A stretch of 64,000 nucleotides of DNA from Nitrospirales bacterium (lineage in GTDB: Bacteria > Nitrospirota > Nitrospiria > Nitrospirales > UBA8639). The stretch covers positions 1,312,001 to 1,376,000 of the forward strand of contig CBDCWC010000003.1 in assembly GCA_965223295.1 (NCBI GenBank). The letters run 5' to 3'. Under the pieces are notes generated by a model, which saw nothing but the letters and a program-made list of their open reading frames with translations, ran no database searches and was not told the DNA's origin. The translations under genes were made by a program, and so were the position numbers. Positions 9,993 to 20,152 of this stretch are shown in pieces (positions within the stretch are counted from its first letter, which is position 1; every line of letters begins with the position of its first letter).

Positions 9993-10378
9993 ATATGCTA
10001 ATCAGATAGACGAATATTTCATGAGAAAATCTGTGAAATAAGAGAGCTAGCCATCTTTAGCCGTCTCCTTCCTTCTGAATTTTTACTGGATGCTTTTTTT
10101 CTTACAGGAAAAGTCAAAGGATAAAGGATCAACACCTCCCAGCCTTTTTGGGAGTCGAATTGTTGTCCAAAGAATTTTTCTCAATATTCTGCATTTCCTG
10201 GAAAAAGGCAGGGGCCGAGTAGGAAACGCGAAGTTCCCAGCTAAGCTTAATCCTGGGATCAAAGGAACCGAAATAATGATGATGGGAAGTCGTGTCAGAA
10301 CCACTCTCTTTTTGCCGACAAGTCGTCTGTGCGAGATCCTAGTCTAGGAAATCCGGCTGAGAAACCTGAGGTATTCGT

Positions 10379-11782
10379 ATGTCATTGGTGGAAGTTGAAA
10401 ATGTCAAACTTCTCCAAATTGGCGAGTTTGTGAAATTAGAAGGCTCTTGGTTCAGTCACCCCTTTCCTACCAATTCTTTTATCATTAAATCCTCCGAAGA
10501 TCTGGCAACCATCCAAGGTCTCACCAATGTCAGGATTCTCCATGATCCCGAACAGTTAGAGTCTCCTGAGTCTGAAGGCACCACAAGTCATCCCTCTAGC
10601 GTCTTGTCAGCGTCGCCAGAGTCCTTGGCCCATGATTTCTCTGAGGCATTTTCTGCCAGAGAGAAGGACGAGGGTAAAGAAGAGACTCTGATCCCGGGGT
10701 CAGCGTTGTCAGAAATTTTGGAGCGGCGAGAGGATTATCGTGAGTATTTTGACTGTATGCGCAAGGTGGAGAGGAACTATCAGAAAACCTTGTATCAAGG
10801 GCACGAGCTGTTTCGACAGCTCACCGGGCGTCGGCCGGCTGGTCTGAAAACCGGTGATGCCATGATTGTAAATATTTTACAAGATGCGAATAATCCAAAG
10901 ACCGTCATGTCTCTCATCGACCAAACCGGGAACAATGGGGTGGCTTGGGGCCTTTCGGAACATGCCGTCAATGTCTGTACGTTGTCCCTCCTGATTGGGC
11001 GACAGTTTTCTCTTGATGAGGAAATGTTAATGGAGCTGGGGCGAGGAGCGTTGTTTCATGATATTGGTTATCGAGCGTTACCGATGAACGTCAAGTTTTA
11101 TGCGGGAGGTATGAAAGTCGAGGCCGATCCAGAACTTCGGATCTTACATGCGGAGATGGGGAGTCAACTCGTGGACTCTTTTCTGAATGCTGGCCCTATG
11201 TTACTAGAAATTATTACTCATCATCATGAGCGCCTGGATGGATCAGGGTTCCCAAAGGGTCTTCGCAAAGAAGACCTTTCATTGCTCACAAAAATCGTCA
11301 TGGTGGCAGATCATTTTGATGAACTCTGTAATGCGCCTGATCCTGAGAACAGCTTGAATCCCCATGCTGCGTTGTCGCGTCTTTACCGTCATGTGGTGAT
11401 GAAGGGGGAATCTTCGAAATTTTGTGGGCAGGTGGTTCAAGCGTTAGTTCAAGCTATCGGAGTCTATCCCCCAGGGAGTTTAGTGGAACTTACGGATGGG
11501 TTTATCGGAGTTGTGTCTTCGATCAATGTGCATCATCCTACCAAACCGATTGTGTTGCTTTATACGCCGTGGCTTTGTCGCAACGATGGCTTGCTCGTCA
11601 ATTTAGCCACTGAGTCGTGTGTGGACATCAAGCAAGCTGTTCATGCGAAAGATATTCCTGGATCGGCATTAGCCTATCTGAGTCCCCGTCGTGCCGCCAT
11701 GTGTATACATTCGATGGGATTCACCTCAATCGCCATCAATCGGCGCCCCACCCGAGACCTTAAGCCTGCCCTAAAGCACTAG
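10379..11782 (+). CDS. HD-GYP domain cyclic-dinucleotide phosphodiesterase (DUF3391-like N-terminus)
   Basis: EHAVNV, LFHDIG, HHERLDGSGFP, VADHFDEL, GVYPPGSLVEL. Confidence 0.9.
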   Translation: MSLVEVENVKLLQIGEFVKLEGSWFSHPFPTNSFIIKSSEDLATIQGLTNVRILHDPEQLESPESEGTTSHPSSVLSASPESLAHDFSEAFSAREKDEGKEETLIPGSALSEILERREDYREYFDCMRKVERNYQKTLYQGHELFRQLTGRRPAGLKTGDAMIVNILQDANNPKTVMSLIDQTGNNGVAWGLSEHAVNVCTLSLLIGRQFSLDEEMLMELGRGALFHDIGYRALPMNVKFYAGGMKVEADPELRILHAEMGSQLVDSFLNAGPMLLEIITHHHERLDGSGFPKGLRKEDLSLLTKIVMVADHFDELCNAPDPENSLNPHAALSRLYRHVVMKGESSKFCGQVVQALVQAIGVYPPGSLVELTDGFIGVVSSINVHHPTKPIVLLYTPWLCRNDGLLVNLATESCVDIKQAVHAKDIPGSALAYLSPRRAAMCIHSMGFTSIAINRRPTRDLKPALKH

Positions 11783-11797
11783 CGAATTTGCATCGCA

Positions 11798-12028
11798 GGG
11801 TCTGTTGAAAACAGTCGCCGCCTACTCCGCCGGAATCACACATTAGGTGACGAAGGCTGAAAGGGGCTTTGCGTTTATGCGCAGGAGCGCTTCACCGCGC
11901 AAGCGTTCAGGCGAACGGACCCTTCGACTGACTCAGGGCATGCTTTGTTGAACCGACCCGACGCTTCTAATCATCCAAGCCTTCCTGATGAAATATGACC
12001 TTTGATATCTTCATTATTCAACACTCCT
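11798..12028 (-). mobile_element. MITE family A copy 2 (same termini, different core)
   Basis: GGGTCTGTTGAAAA...GATATCTTCATTATTCAACACTCC; includes CCCTTCGACTGACTCAGGG. Confidence 0.75.
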
Positions 12029-12134
12029 TAGCGAGAAATGAGCCCATCATGTCTTCTCCAGCCTAGGCTTCAAAAAACACTATTTTATGGTCTCACAACC
12101 TGTAGAATTGTGTTCAGGTAAGGTTCGGTCAGAG

Positions 12135-12728
12135 CTAGGAAGTCGATTTTATTGTTTTGGTGAACTCTGAGAATCCTTGGAGTAAGAATGGCAAGGCTGC
12201 AAATACAGCAGGTAAAGCGGCTCGCAACTCTTCTTGAGTCAGAATAAGGGTTCCCGCGACGATGGTGAAACCAAGCCCCACAGGAATCTTCATAGAGTCC
12301 CACACACTCTCTCCTTGTGTGGCCTCTTGATGTGCCAACCTGTCTCTATCCCCCGCTTCCAGCACGAATGCTCGAAAACTGGTGTTTAGTAGGCACAAAT
12401 CAGGATCAAACCGGATCAGTCCTTTTCGAAACAGAGGATCTAGGCCAGGGTGTTCGACATGAATAAACCGGTCTCTGGCTAGACGATAGAGCGCTAATTG
12501 TTCATCCAGCGTTAATGTCTCCCAAATTTTCTCGTAGTATGGCTTGGCAAGCTGCAAGTTTGTTATTTCCTTGGGTGTAGAGTGGTGGAAATCAACAATC
12601 TCAAAATTTCCCCAAAGAGAACGCCAGCGAGCCCGAAGAAGAGTGTTGAGCGAGTCGTCCTTCTGAAAAGAAAATGATTCAGAAAACGGATTAACATCGG
12701 AAATAATGGTTGCGTATACTCGGGCCAT
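12135..12728 (-). CDS. Probable C-terminal part of the large Cache/P-loop membrane protein (helical domain + 2 TM)
   Basis: Same reading frame as 12741-16574, separated by TAA GGA ATC TTC ACA ATG; YYEKIWETLTLDEQLALYRLA...LFRKGLI; two terminal hydrophobic helices. Confidence 0.7.
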   Translation of the reverse strand: MARVYATIISDVNPFSESFSFQKDDSLNTLLRARWRSLWGNFEIVDFHHSTPKEITNLQLAKPYYEKIWETLTLDEQLALYRLARDRFIHVEHPGLDPLFRKGLIRFDPDLCLLNTSFRAFVLEAGDRDRLAHQEATQGESVWDSMKIPVGLGFTIVAGTLILTQEELRAALPAVFAALPFLLQGFSEFTKTIKSTS

Positions 12729-12740
12729 TGTGAAGATTCC

Positions 12741-15700
12741 TTATGATTTCTCTTGAGAAACGATTTTGGTAAGAATTTGAATTGCTAAATCACCAAGTTT
12801 TGAATTCTGGGAACTCTCACTAGAATCTTTATCTGGCGATGATTTCGAAATACCTTTTTTATGGTTAGCCCGATTGAGAAGCCATTCCATTAATTCTAGT
12901 TTTTTGAGATTAATAGGGGGGTTTTTCCATTGATGCTCAAGATGGTCAATGGTCACGTGAAAATCTTGATCGTCTTCAATTTTTAGATCGGAGATTTGTT
13001 TGGAAAGCTCTTCTTTCCATTTTTCTGATGGGAAGGCGTTCAAATCGAAATAGGGGGAAGCCGTTTGGGGATTCCCCTCGTGTACTCTAGGGGACTGTTT
13101 AGTCTTATTCGTTGGTTCAGCCGGTGCTTCCGTTTCCTCCGCGTGTGGCTGATTGTGTTCTTCATAATTCTCCAGCGCCAAAGAAGTTTTACCTTGACCA
13201 GGAAATCCTAGGACAAAGCGATTGTGCTTCATTTTTTTGGCTGTACCTGCGAACAGTGACGGAGGCATAAAAGGTGTCGGGGTATTGTACGATAAAAACA
13301 GGACTCGATCGGCAATGAATTTGGGTATCCGATATAGATAGAAATAGAGTCCTACAATGAACAGAACACCCCAGATAACATAGGCCACAATGGTTTCATC
13401 TGAAGAATTCTTAAAAGTAGGAAGGGCTGGCTTGAAAAACCAGGGAGTGAATAGAAAGTCGGCGGAAATCGAAAGAAAAGATGTTGAGTTGGAGTTTTTG
13501 CCTCGTTCAATGGAATACTTCAGAGTGACCTTTTGGCTGTCTAATTGCCAGAGGAGGGGTGAGGGAGAAGTTTCTTGGTTCTTTTGGACGTCTGACTGCC
13601 AGGGAAAGGGTGAATCGGGAGTGTCTTGTTCTATGGTTGAATGGCCTGGCCAAGTATCAGCCGTAAACCCCAAGAGCGAAGCATGTTTAAGGAGTGGGAT
13701 AAACGGTTGACTCACCAAGCCAAAGGCTATTGCAAAGTTTGTTCGGTCTCTGCTTTTGCTAAGCTGTTCCTGCCAATCAGCTTTGGGTACTGAGTCACAG
13801 GACGCTGTTATTTTCGAATAAAATTTTGGATAGACTCCGCGAGGGAACTTGTCAGAGGATGGAGGGGATTTCCTATTGGAAAAACAACTATCGTTCAAAT
13901 TTTGTAACAGTGGTTTGTACCCTGGAGAATCATGAAATGTCTGAACAAGTTGGAGAAGCTGATATTGTGTGAATAACTTCATTTCTTGATTGAACATAGC
14001 AGCAAAGCATCCAAAGGCCGGAGCGACGCCAAGAATCAAAAGAAAAGAAGTGAGCATGAGCGAATAACTCTGAGGATATGGCCACTGAAAGAACCAATTT
14101 GCGCTCTTGCTCCTTTTCTCGTTTTCTTCTGACGAGTTTTTGGATTGTTGTGCTAAAAACCATCCCAATGAGCAAACAATCCAAAGAAATGGAACAAGCC
14201 ACGCTCCCATCAACTGCCATTCAGGATAGTCCCAAAACCCAATGATACAGGTCATTTGTAGGATAAACACCCCCACATTTGCGACACACAATTTTGCAAA
14301 AATAGGCCGCTTGGCCTTATCAGGCCACAACCATGGTGCGCGCTGTGCTTTTTGCCAGTGGAGAAAAATCCACAGGGCAACGTAGATTGAGAATGCCCAA
14401 AGGCTATAAAAAAATCCGGTAACGAGCAAGCCGACGAGATTCACTGATCGCAGCAGTTCCCTGTCTCGAAAAACCACTAGCGACCATGGAATCGGATCGA
14501 GTGGTAGGAGATAAAAACTGTGAGGCGTACCCCAATATGATCCTTCCGCATGTCCCGCCGTTTTCGCTAACAACAAATCCCGCAACATCGTATTGTGATC
14601 GGTCTCGACTATGAATGGTTCTCTGAGGTTACGCCAGTCGTCGGAATGGAACAACACCTGATGGTCGGCATTATCGATGACCGCGAACCCAATACCCGGA
14701 GGAAGAATAATGTGGTCCATGAGAGATCTAAATTTGAACTCCATAGCTGCAACCCATTTGTTCCCTTTAGGATCCTCGAGCTGACTTTTCATGGAAGCGA
14801 CAGCGGTGTTCAGGCCGGTCGTCCAGGAAATAATGGGTTGCAGAAAGAATGGGGAGAGGCCGGGTTCATTGGGGAATTGCCAAAGACGGTCGGGATTATC
14901 GATGACGTTTCGTACATAGTTCCGTTGATGCAACGAAAAATTTTGGGTCATGCCATGAACATGCTTCCTTTGAAATTTATCGCGAGCCCAATTAATCCGT
15001 AGTGAACCATCATGGTCCATCCAAAATGCATAGAGAAAATCTACATAGGAGTCTAGTTCTCCCACTCGATCAGGCTGCTTGAGGTTATCCAGATTAATAC
15101 TTTCTTCTAATAGAACAGGTCTCCGACCAACTTCAAGAGTTGCTGTTGATTGAGTTACTTTGGAGTCGTCATTCGAGTCAATGTCTTTGTCTGCAAGATT
15201 CTCAGTCGATGTTGTATTCAAAATTTCAGTGTAATCGTTTTTTACGTACTTATTGCTATCAAAAGCCGTTAACGTCTTTAACACTGATTTTAGTTCCCCA
15301 AACATTTCGTCCTTGATGGTTTGAGCTGATTCACGCATCCGTTCGTTGAGTTCACGTGTACCGTGAAAATAGACTGAGATATCCAAGATAAGAAATGTGA
15401 TAAACCCAGCACCAAGAAGTGCAGACAGGACCAACCCAAGAACATTAAACGATCGGAGCGGGTCTTTCGGTCCCATTGTTTTTAGGTGTGTGAGGGGAAC
15501 GGCCAATAGGAGAGCCAACAGAATACACATCATCACAAGTAGAAAGTTCGAAGAAATGGCGAAAGAGTTGTTTACGAACCTTTCTTGTTTGACTAATCCG
15601 ACTAGAATCCATTGCTGGCCAAATTTCGGTAGTTGGATGGGTCGAACGAATGCCTCAAAGTTTTGTCCAGGAATGGAAACGCTAAACTGTTTATCTTGTT

Positions 15701-16574
15701 TCGAGATTTCGGAGTTGCCCTTAGATTGTTCTTTGGAGATAAACAAGCTATCCCAAATAGTTACTTGGGCGGTATATTCCCTAAGTTCTTCAAAACTCTG
15801 TAAGATCATGGCGCTGGTGCCTACATGATAAATTAAGCTTTGCGAATTTTCTTTGTCCTTTTCTTGACTCTTGAAAAGCAGTATTTCATCGAAGATCTGA
15901 TTGTTCCAAAGCCGCCCTAAAAAGAGCGGTAAATTAATGGTGCTCGTGAACTCCATATTAGACTTAATATGTGTTAACTGAATTCTTGGTGGAAATTGCC
16001 TTTCGAGCATTTCCAGTCGTGTACGTTTGCCATGAGAAGCCTTTCCCAATTCTTTGACATCGACTTCTTCTAAGCCTTGGGCTTCGCAGAGTCGGTGGAA
16101 TTCTCGAAAAAGATGATATGCCTTGGGTGCTTTTTGAGGATCTTTGTGTCTTGTTGTGGGCTCAACCAATTCGTTCCGACAATTTAGTGAAAACTGAATA
16201 GGCCGAGAAAGTGGAATCTCTGATCCGCTAGTTGTGGTACTGGAAGTACGAACCCATCGTCCACGGGCCTCATCCGGTTTATAAGTAATATGGGAATGAT
16301 GGGTCCCCTGACCGAGATGGGCGATCACTTCTTCTAATGTTGTTTCCAGGACTCTTTCGTAACTCGCAATTTTCTGGCTAATATCGTTGCTCCACAGACT
16401 CAACAGGCGAAAATTTCGTTGAATTAAGTATTGTTCCTGTTCTTTCACTTGTATCCACCCCATGATGGCCAATAGTCCCAGAACGATCAGCACGATCAAT
16501 GTTGTTCGTGTCGGCGTTGCCAAGCGAACGGCTTGTTGAGAGAGAGTAGAGACTGTTGAGGAAGCTGAAGACAT
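12741..16574 (-). CDS. Large multi-pass membrane protein with Cache-like extracytoplasmic domains and a cytoplasmic Walker-A-like motif
   Basis: 1277 aa; many TM helices; Cache-like motifs (WMDHDG, RNYVRNV, PIISWTTG, GFAVID...VLFHSD); GFPGQGKT near the C-terminus; RBS AGGAG upstream. Confidence 0.75.
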   Translation of the reverse strand: MSSASSTVSTLSQQAVRLATPTRTTLIVLIVLGLLAIMGWIQVKEQEQYLIQRNFRLLSLWSNDISQKIASYERVLETTLEEVIAHLGQGTHHSHITYKPDEARGRWVRTSSTTTSGSEIPLSRPIQFSLNCRNELVEPTTRHKDPQKAPKAYHLFREFHRLCEAQGLEEVDVKELGKASHGKRTRLEMLERQFPPRIQLTHIKSNMEFTSTINLPLFLGRLWNNQIFDEILLFKSQEKDKENSQSLIYHVGTSAMILQSFEELREYTAQVTIWDSLFISKEQSKGNSEISKQDKQFSVSIPGQNFEAFVRPIQLPKFGQQWILVGLVKQERFVNNSFAISSNFLLVMMCILLALLLAVPLTHLKTMGPKDPLRSFNVLGLVLSALLGAGFITFLILDISVYFHGTRELNERMRESAQTIKDEMFGELKSVLKTLTAFDSNKYVKNDYTEILNTTSTENLADKDIDSNDDSKVTQSTATLEVGRRPVLLEESINLDNLKQPDRVGELDSYVDFLYAFWMDHDGSLRINWARDKFQRKHVHGMTQNFSLHQRNYVRNVIDNPDRLWQFPNEPGLSPFFLQPIISWTTGLNTAVASMKSQLEDPKGNKWVAAMEFKFRSLMDHIILPPGIGFAVIDNADHQVLFHSDDWRNLREPFIVETDHNTMLRDLLLAKTAGHAEGSYWGTPHSFYLLPLDPIPWSLVVFRDRELLRSVNLVGLLVTGFFYSLWAFSIYVALWIFLHWQKAQRAPWLWPDKAKRPIFAKLCVANVGVFILQMTCIIGFWDYPEWQLMGAWLVPFLWIVCSLGWFLAQQSKNSSEENEKRSKSANWFFQWPYPQSYSLMLTSFLLILGVAPAFGCFAAMFNQEMKLFTQYQLLQLVQTFHDSPGYKPLLQNLNDSCFSNRKSPPSSDKFPRGVYPKFYSKITASCDSVPKADWQEQLSKSRDRTNFAIAFGLVSQPFIPLLKHASLLGFTADTWPGHSTIEQDTPDSPFPWQSDVQKNQETSPSPLLWQLDSQKVTLKYSIERGKNSNSTSFLSISADFLFTPWFFKPALPTFKNSSDETIVAYVIWGVLFIVGLYFYLYRIPKFIADRVLFLSYNTPTPFMPPSLFAGTAKKMKHNRFVLGFPGQGKTSLALENYEEHNQPHAEETEAPAEPTNKTKQSPRVHEGNPQTASPYFDLNAFPSEKWKEELSKQISDLKIEDDQDFHVTIDHLEHQWKNPPINLKKLELMEWLLNRANHKKGISKSSPDKDSSESSQNSKLGDLAIQILTKIVSQEKS

Positions 16575-16858
16575 GGATAACGCTCAATAAGATTAGGAGA
16601 TGGCGTATCATGTTTCTCTGTAGAGGAATAGGAATCTTGTGAGCAAAAGCTATACCTACGTTCAGGAAAAGAGAAGATATGTTTATGTTCGTGAAGAAAT
16701 CCAATGTGAATAACTCGTTTGGCAAGTTTATCGGCGGGATTACATGTAGAGGTATCCGTTGCCTTTGTTATCCAAATAGATACAGATATGTATCCTTTCA
16801 GATACGTTTTACGTTCAGTGAAATCTGAAAGAATTCGGACAGGGTTATTGTGGTAAGA

Positions 16859-18301
16859 CTAGAGCCAGGTTTTGGCTTCTGGGTAAAAATTCAACAAAAT
16901 ATTGGTGGTCATTTTGCTGAGAAACTCTACCAATTGGTGATTGGATCCAGGTGGAATTGGTGAGTCGTTGGAAAGTTGAAGATTTTTCCAGTAACTGTGT
17001 AGACGTTCTTTCTGTTCTTGCAAAACACGTTCGGTTTCTTGTTGCCAAAAAAGGGGAAATTCCCGAGGGTCAGTATAGTCTCCCCGTCCGCGTCCACAAT
17101 GAGTAACGGCCAAATAGCGTAAGAGCCCGTCGCGTGTTTGCCGGTCTAAAAACTCTGGTACCCATGAAATACGGTGAGGGTTTTCGTCATCCTGACTTTT
17201 GGCGTACGCGGTGCCTCCCAAGGCACCGAGAATCGCACCGCCAATGGTAAAGACGCCATGCGAGAGTCCCCCGGTGGCGACATCTGAAGCAAACCCCGCT
17301 GCTGCGCCGCTGACTAGTCCGCTCCAAAAACTTTCTTCCTCCCAGGGTTTTCGTTCTCCGGGTACCGTCACATCTTCTAGTCGTGATTGAATGTCGTGAG
17401 CCGTTTTACCAGAGAGTCCATGAAGGGCAATCAACTGGCTGCTCATCACCGAGATGCGTTGAGCTAATCGTTGATCCATGGCTTGCATAGACCGTTTAAC
17501 CACATGTTTTTTGGAATGGCCCAACTGTTCTTGAGGCAGGGTTTCGCCGTCTTGTGCGCTTTCGATTAGCAACTGGGCAATTGCTGTCATGCTGGATTGG
17601 AGAGTCTGCCGTTGCTCCTCTCGCCAGGCGTTGGATAACTCGATCATCGTTGGTCGCTTATCGCTTGGCAGCACTTGAGCGAGACGGTTCCACAAGAGAC
17701 CCTCCTGGACCCAACAGCGCGTAAAGGCATCTAAATTCATGACATCCCTGATGACTGCGTGGTTGGGCCATTGCTGTTTCCAGCGCGCTTGGAGTTGCCG
17801 CTGTTGCTGAGGATCTGCCAGGCCAGTTTGGTTGAGGAGCACAATAACGGGTTTGTTCAGCCAGGTCAGGAGATCCAATTCAGGCTGCAGGTATCCAACC
17901 ATAGTCGGATCTTCAGTCGCGTTAACCAGATACAATACGACGTCGGCTTCCTCCTGAACGTTCTGTATGGCTTGTTGGCTGCACCAAAAGGGTTTATCTG
18001 CGAGCCGGTCCCAGACTTGTGATACCAGCCAACCGATAGGATTGGACAGACCTTGCAAGCGCTGGAGAAGTTTATGACTATTTCCGAACCCTGGCGTATC
18101 CCATAGATTTAATTGCAGGCCATCAGATGTTTTGAGTAAGAGGAATTGCTCATTCTGAAGCGTGACATGGGCTTGATCTTGTACTTGCCCGACTTCCCTG
18201 CGCAGAAGGGTGCGAGCTAACGTGGTTTTCCCAATGTTGGTATGGGAAATAAGGGAGAGTGTGATCGAACGTGGCATCTGCTTCATCTTGTTAGGATGCA
18301 C
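16859..18301 (-). CDS. GTPase-domain / DUF3482-like protein
   Basis: G1-like SHTNIGKTT, G3 WDTPGFG, G4-like LLNQTG; C-terminal glycine-zipper GLVSGAAAGFASDVATGGLS. Confidence 0.8.
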   Translation of the reverse strand: MHPNKMKQMPRSITLSLISHTNIGKTTLARTLLRREVGQVQDQAHVTLQNEQFLLLKTSDGLQLNLWDTPGFGNSHKLLQRLQGLSNPIGWLVSQVWDRLADKPFWCSQQAIQNVQEEADVVLYLVNATEDPTMVGYLQPELDLLTWLNKPVIVLLNQTGLADPQQQRQLQARWKQQWPNHAVIRDVMNLDAFTRCWVQEGLLWNRLAQVLPSDKRPTMIELSNAWREEQRQTLQSSMTAIAQLLIESAQDGETLPQEQLGHSKKHVVKRSMQAMDQRLAQRISVMSSQLIALHGLSGKTAHDIQSRLEDVTVPGERKPWEEESFWSGLVSGAAAGFASDVATGGLSHGVFTIGGAILGALGGTAYAKSQDDENPHRISWVPEFLDRQTRDGLLRYLAVTHCGRGRGDYTDPREFPLFWQQETERVLQEQKERLHSYWKNLQLSNDSPIPPGSNHQLVEFLSKMTTNILLNFYPEAKTWL

Positions 18302-19772
18302 CCGGCCAGAGCCTGGTTTGGGCTTGCTGAAGAAATTGGGTTTGAGATGTTATTGAGGGATTAAACGGTACAAGTGAGAGGTGATATTGGTTGCCGAAAC
18401 GTTGCCAGGTTTGGCGGCGTTCTTCCACTCGGATCTCGTCTATATTCCGGCTGTAGGATTCTTCGTCCAGAAGTACCAACAGTTTTGTGCCAGGGTTGGT
18501 CGGACTCACGTGTGTCTGAATAGTATGGAGCCATTCCCCTTGGACTTCCCCTTCGGGCGTTTGACCCGCGTTGAAAATCAGAACAACGGTTCGAGTGACA
18601 GTGGAATCTTCAGACAACGATGAAAATTCTTGTCCAAATGGTACAGCTGGTTGCCATCGAATTGTGGCAAGGTTTCCGCAAAGATCCGACAATCCGAGGT
18701 TTAAAAATGCTTTGGCCTCCTCTGAGGGCTGGTAACTGTACGGAATGACATCTACAGCCATTCCTTGCCCTTTTTCAGGAGCAAGAAGATGTAGAAAGTA
18801 GGGGTCTTGTAAAGGAAGAGTACATGTCTGATGCGCGCGAGTCACAGAACGTTGGCAGAGCCACGCCATGATGACTCGCGGGATCACGATCATCACAAGG
18901 GCCGTGATGGCCCACATATGAATCCAGTGGGCTGCCGTGCCATGTTGCGGCGCTTTGAGATTCATAATTTCTGACAATGTGGGAAATGGATATTGTAGGA
19001 TCCAGGCGGCTGGCCCTAACAAGATATGGAGAAGGAGATGAACTTGATTGCCTGAGAGAAACGTGCTTTCCCAGGTGGCTTGATAATCCAGAGCCAGTCC
19101 TCGAATATAGAGTCCCAGGATAATGCCCACGGCCATGTAAGCGGCTCCTATATGTAAGAGTTGGCGGAGACGTTGAGTCCAGACAGGTCTTATATGTGGC
19201 CACCATAATGTCATGAATCGTTTTGAGGCATCTTGGATCCAACTGGTTTTCGAAGGATCAGAGAGTGTTGCTAGTGGCCAAGAACGCGTTCCCCATAATC
19301 CTCCTACTTTCGCTAGCCACAAAGCGGCTGTGTCTAACCAAGTTGTCGCTAAAGAGGATGTTAAGAAAGGTCTCAGAGCCGAAGATGCGTAGATTGCCGC
19401 ATTCCACAGAAGCAAGATGAGGAGGGGAAAGTTGAGCAGGTTCACCCGTTGAGATTCACCAAGCCCGTTAATCAGGAGTCCTGCTCCAAGAGCGGGGATT
19501 GCCACTAGGAATGTGGGGATATCAATGTGAAGTTGGTTCCAGGATTGGACGAGACGAGGAAAAGCTTTGTGTAAAAAGGTCCAGATGATCTCAGTTCGTT
19601 TGGCGAGGAAAGTCTCGCTGTGGGAAGCTGAATGATCAGAGGAAGGACTGTGTTGGGCTCGAGCTTGTTGTGTTGCATGATGCCTCGTGGACAGAGGAAG
19701 GTGTCGCCCATGAAGATCCGATTCCTCTAGCGCTTGGATGAGCAGGATCTTGGAACAATCAGTGATGTTCAT
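18291..19772 (-). CDS. DUF2868-like membrane protein
   Basis: TM helices, YQATWESTFL, QTPEGEVQG; overlaps the GTPase gene, the usual partner of this family. Confidence 0.75.
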   Translation of the reverse strand: MNITDCSKILLIQALEESDLHGRHLPLSTRHHATQQARAQHSPSSDHSASHSETFLAKRTEIIWTFLHKAFPRLVQSWNQLHIDIPTFLVAIPALGAGLLINGLGESQRVNLLNFPLLILLLWNAAIYASSALRPFLTSSLATTWLDTAALWLAKVGGLWGTRSWPLATLSDPSKTSWIQDASKRFMTLWWPHIRPVWTQRLRQLLHIGAAYMAVGIILGLYIRGLALDYQATWESTFLSGNQVHLLLHILLGPAAWILQYPFPTLSEIMNLKAPQHGTAAHWIHMWAITALVMIVIPRVIMAWLCQRSVTRAHQTCTLPLQDPYFLHLLAPEKGQGMAVDVIPYSYQPSEEAKAFLNLGLSDLCGNLATIRWQPAVPFGQEFSSLSEDSTVTRTVVLIFNAGQTPEGEVQGEWLHTIQTHVSPTNPGTKLLVLLDEESYSRNIDEIRVEERRQTWQRFGNQYHLSLVPFNPSITSQTQFLQQAQTRLWPGAS

Positions 19773-19786
19773 GGAACTTGTATCAT

Positions 19787-19999
19787 TGGACTGCTGAAAA
19801 AAGCTGCCTGCGGTGTTCTCGCCATTGTTCCGTGCTCACCTCATGCCAGTACGCTCCGCGCGTAAAAACGGCTGTGGCCTTCCCTTCGACAAGCTCAGGG
19901 CAGGACTGGGCAGACCTTTTTGAACCGCCCAGAACCTTTTGATCGCCCTCGGCTTCGGACAAAATATGGCTCTTGATATCGTCATGATTCAACACCCCC
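19787..19999 (-). mobile_element. MITE family A copy 3
   Basis: Reverse complement of copy 1; flanks ATCAT/ATCAA. Confidence 0.85.
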
Positions 20000-20152
20000 A
20001 TCAATTAAAAGTGTGTTGAGACGCTTGTGCTACGAGAGGGGAGTGTCATGTTACTGAAGAAAGAGACTGAGCACAATTGAGAAGAGCCTTTGTGACTCAT
20101 GGGTTTATCAAGCACGATCGATTCAGGTAGAAGAGAAAAAGAGAGATCCTCT

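Noticed and set aside
10200-10265. Possible c-di-GMP-I riboswitch upstream of the HD-GYP gene (GGAAACGCGAAG...CTAAG)
   Set aside because: Lacks the GGCAAA and GNRA-capped stem; the resemblance is too weak without an Infernal search
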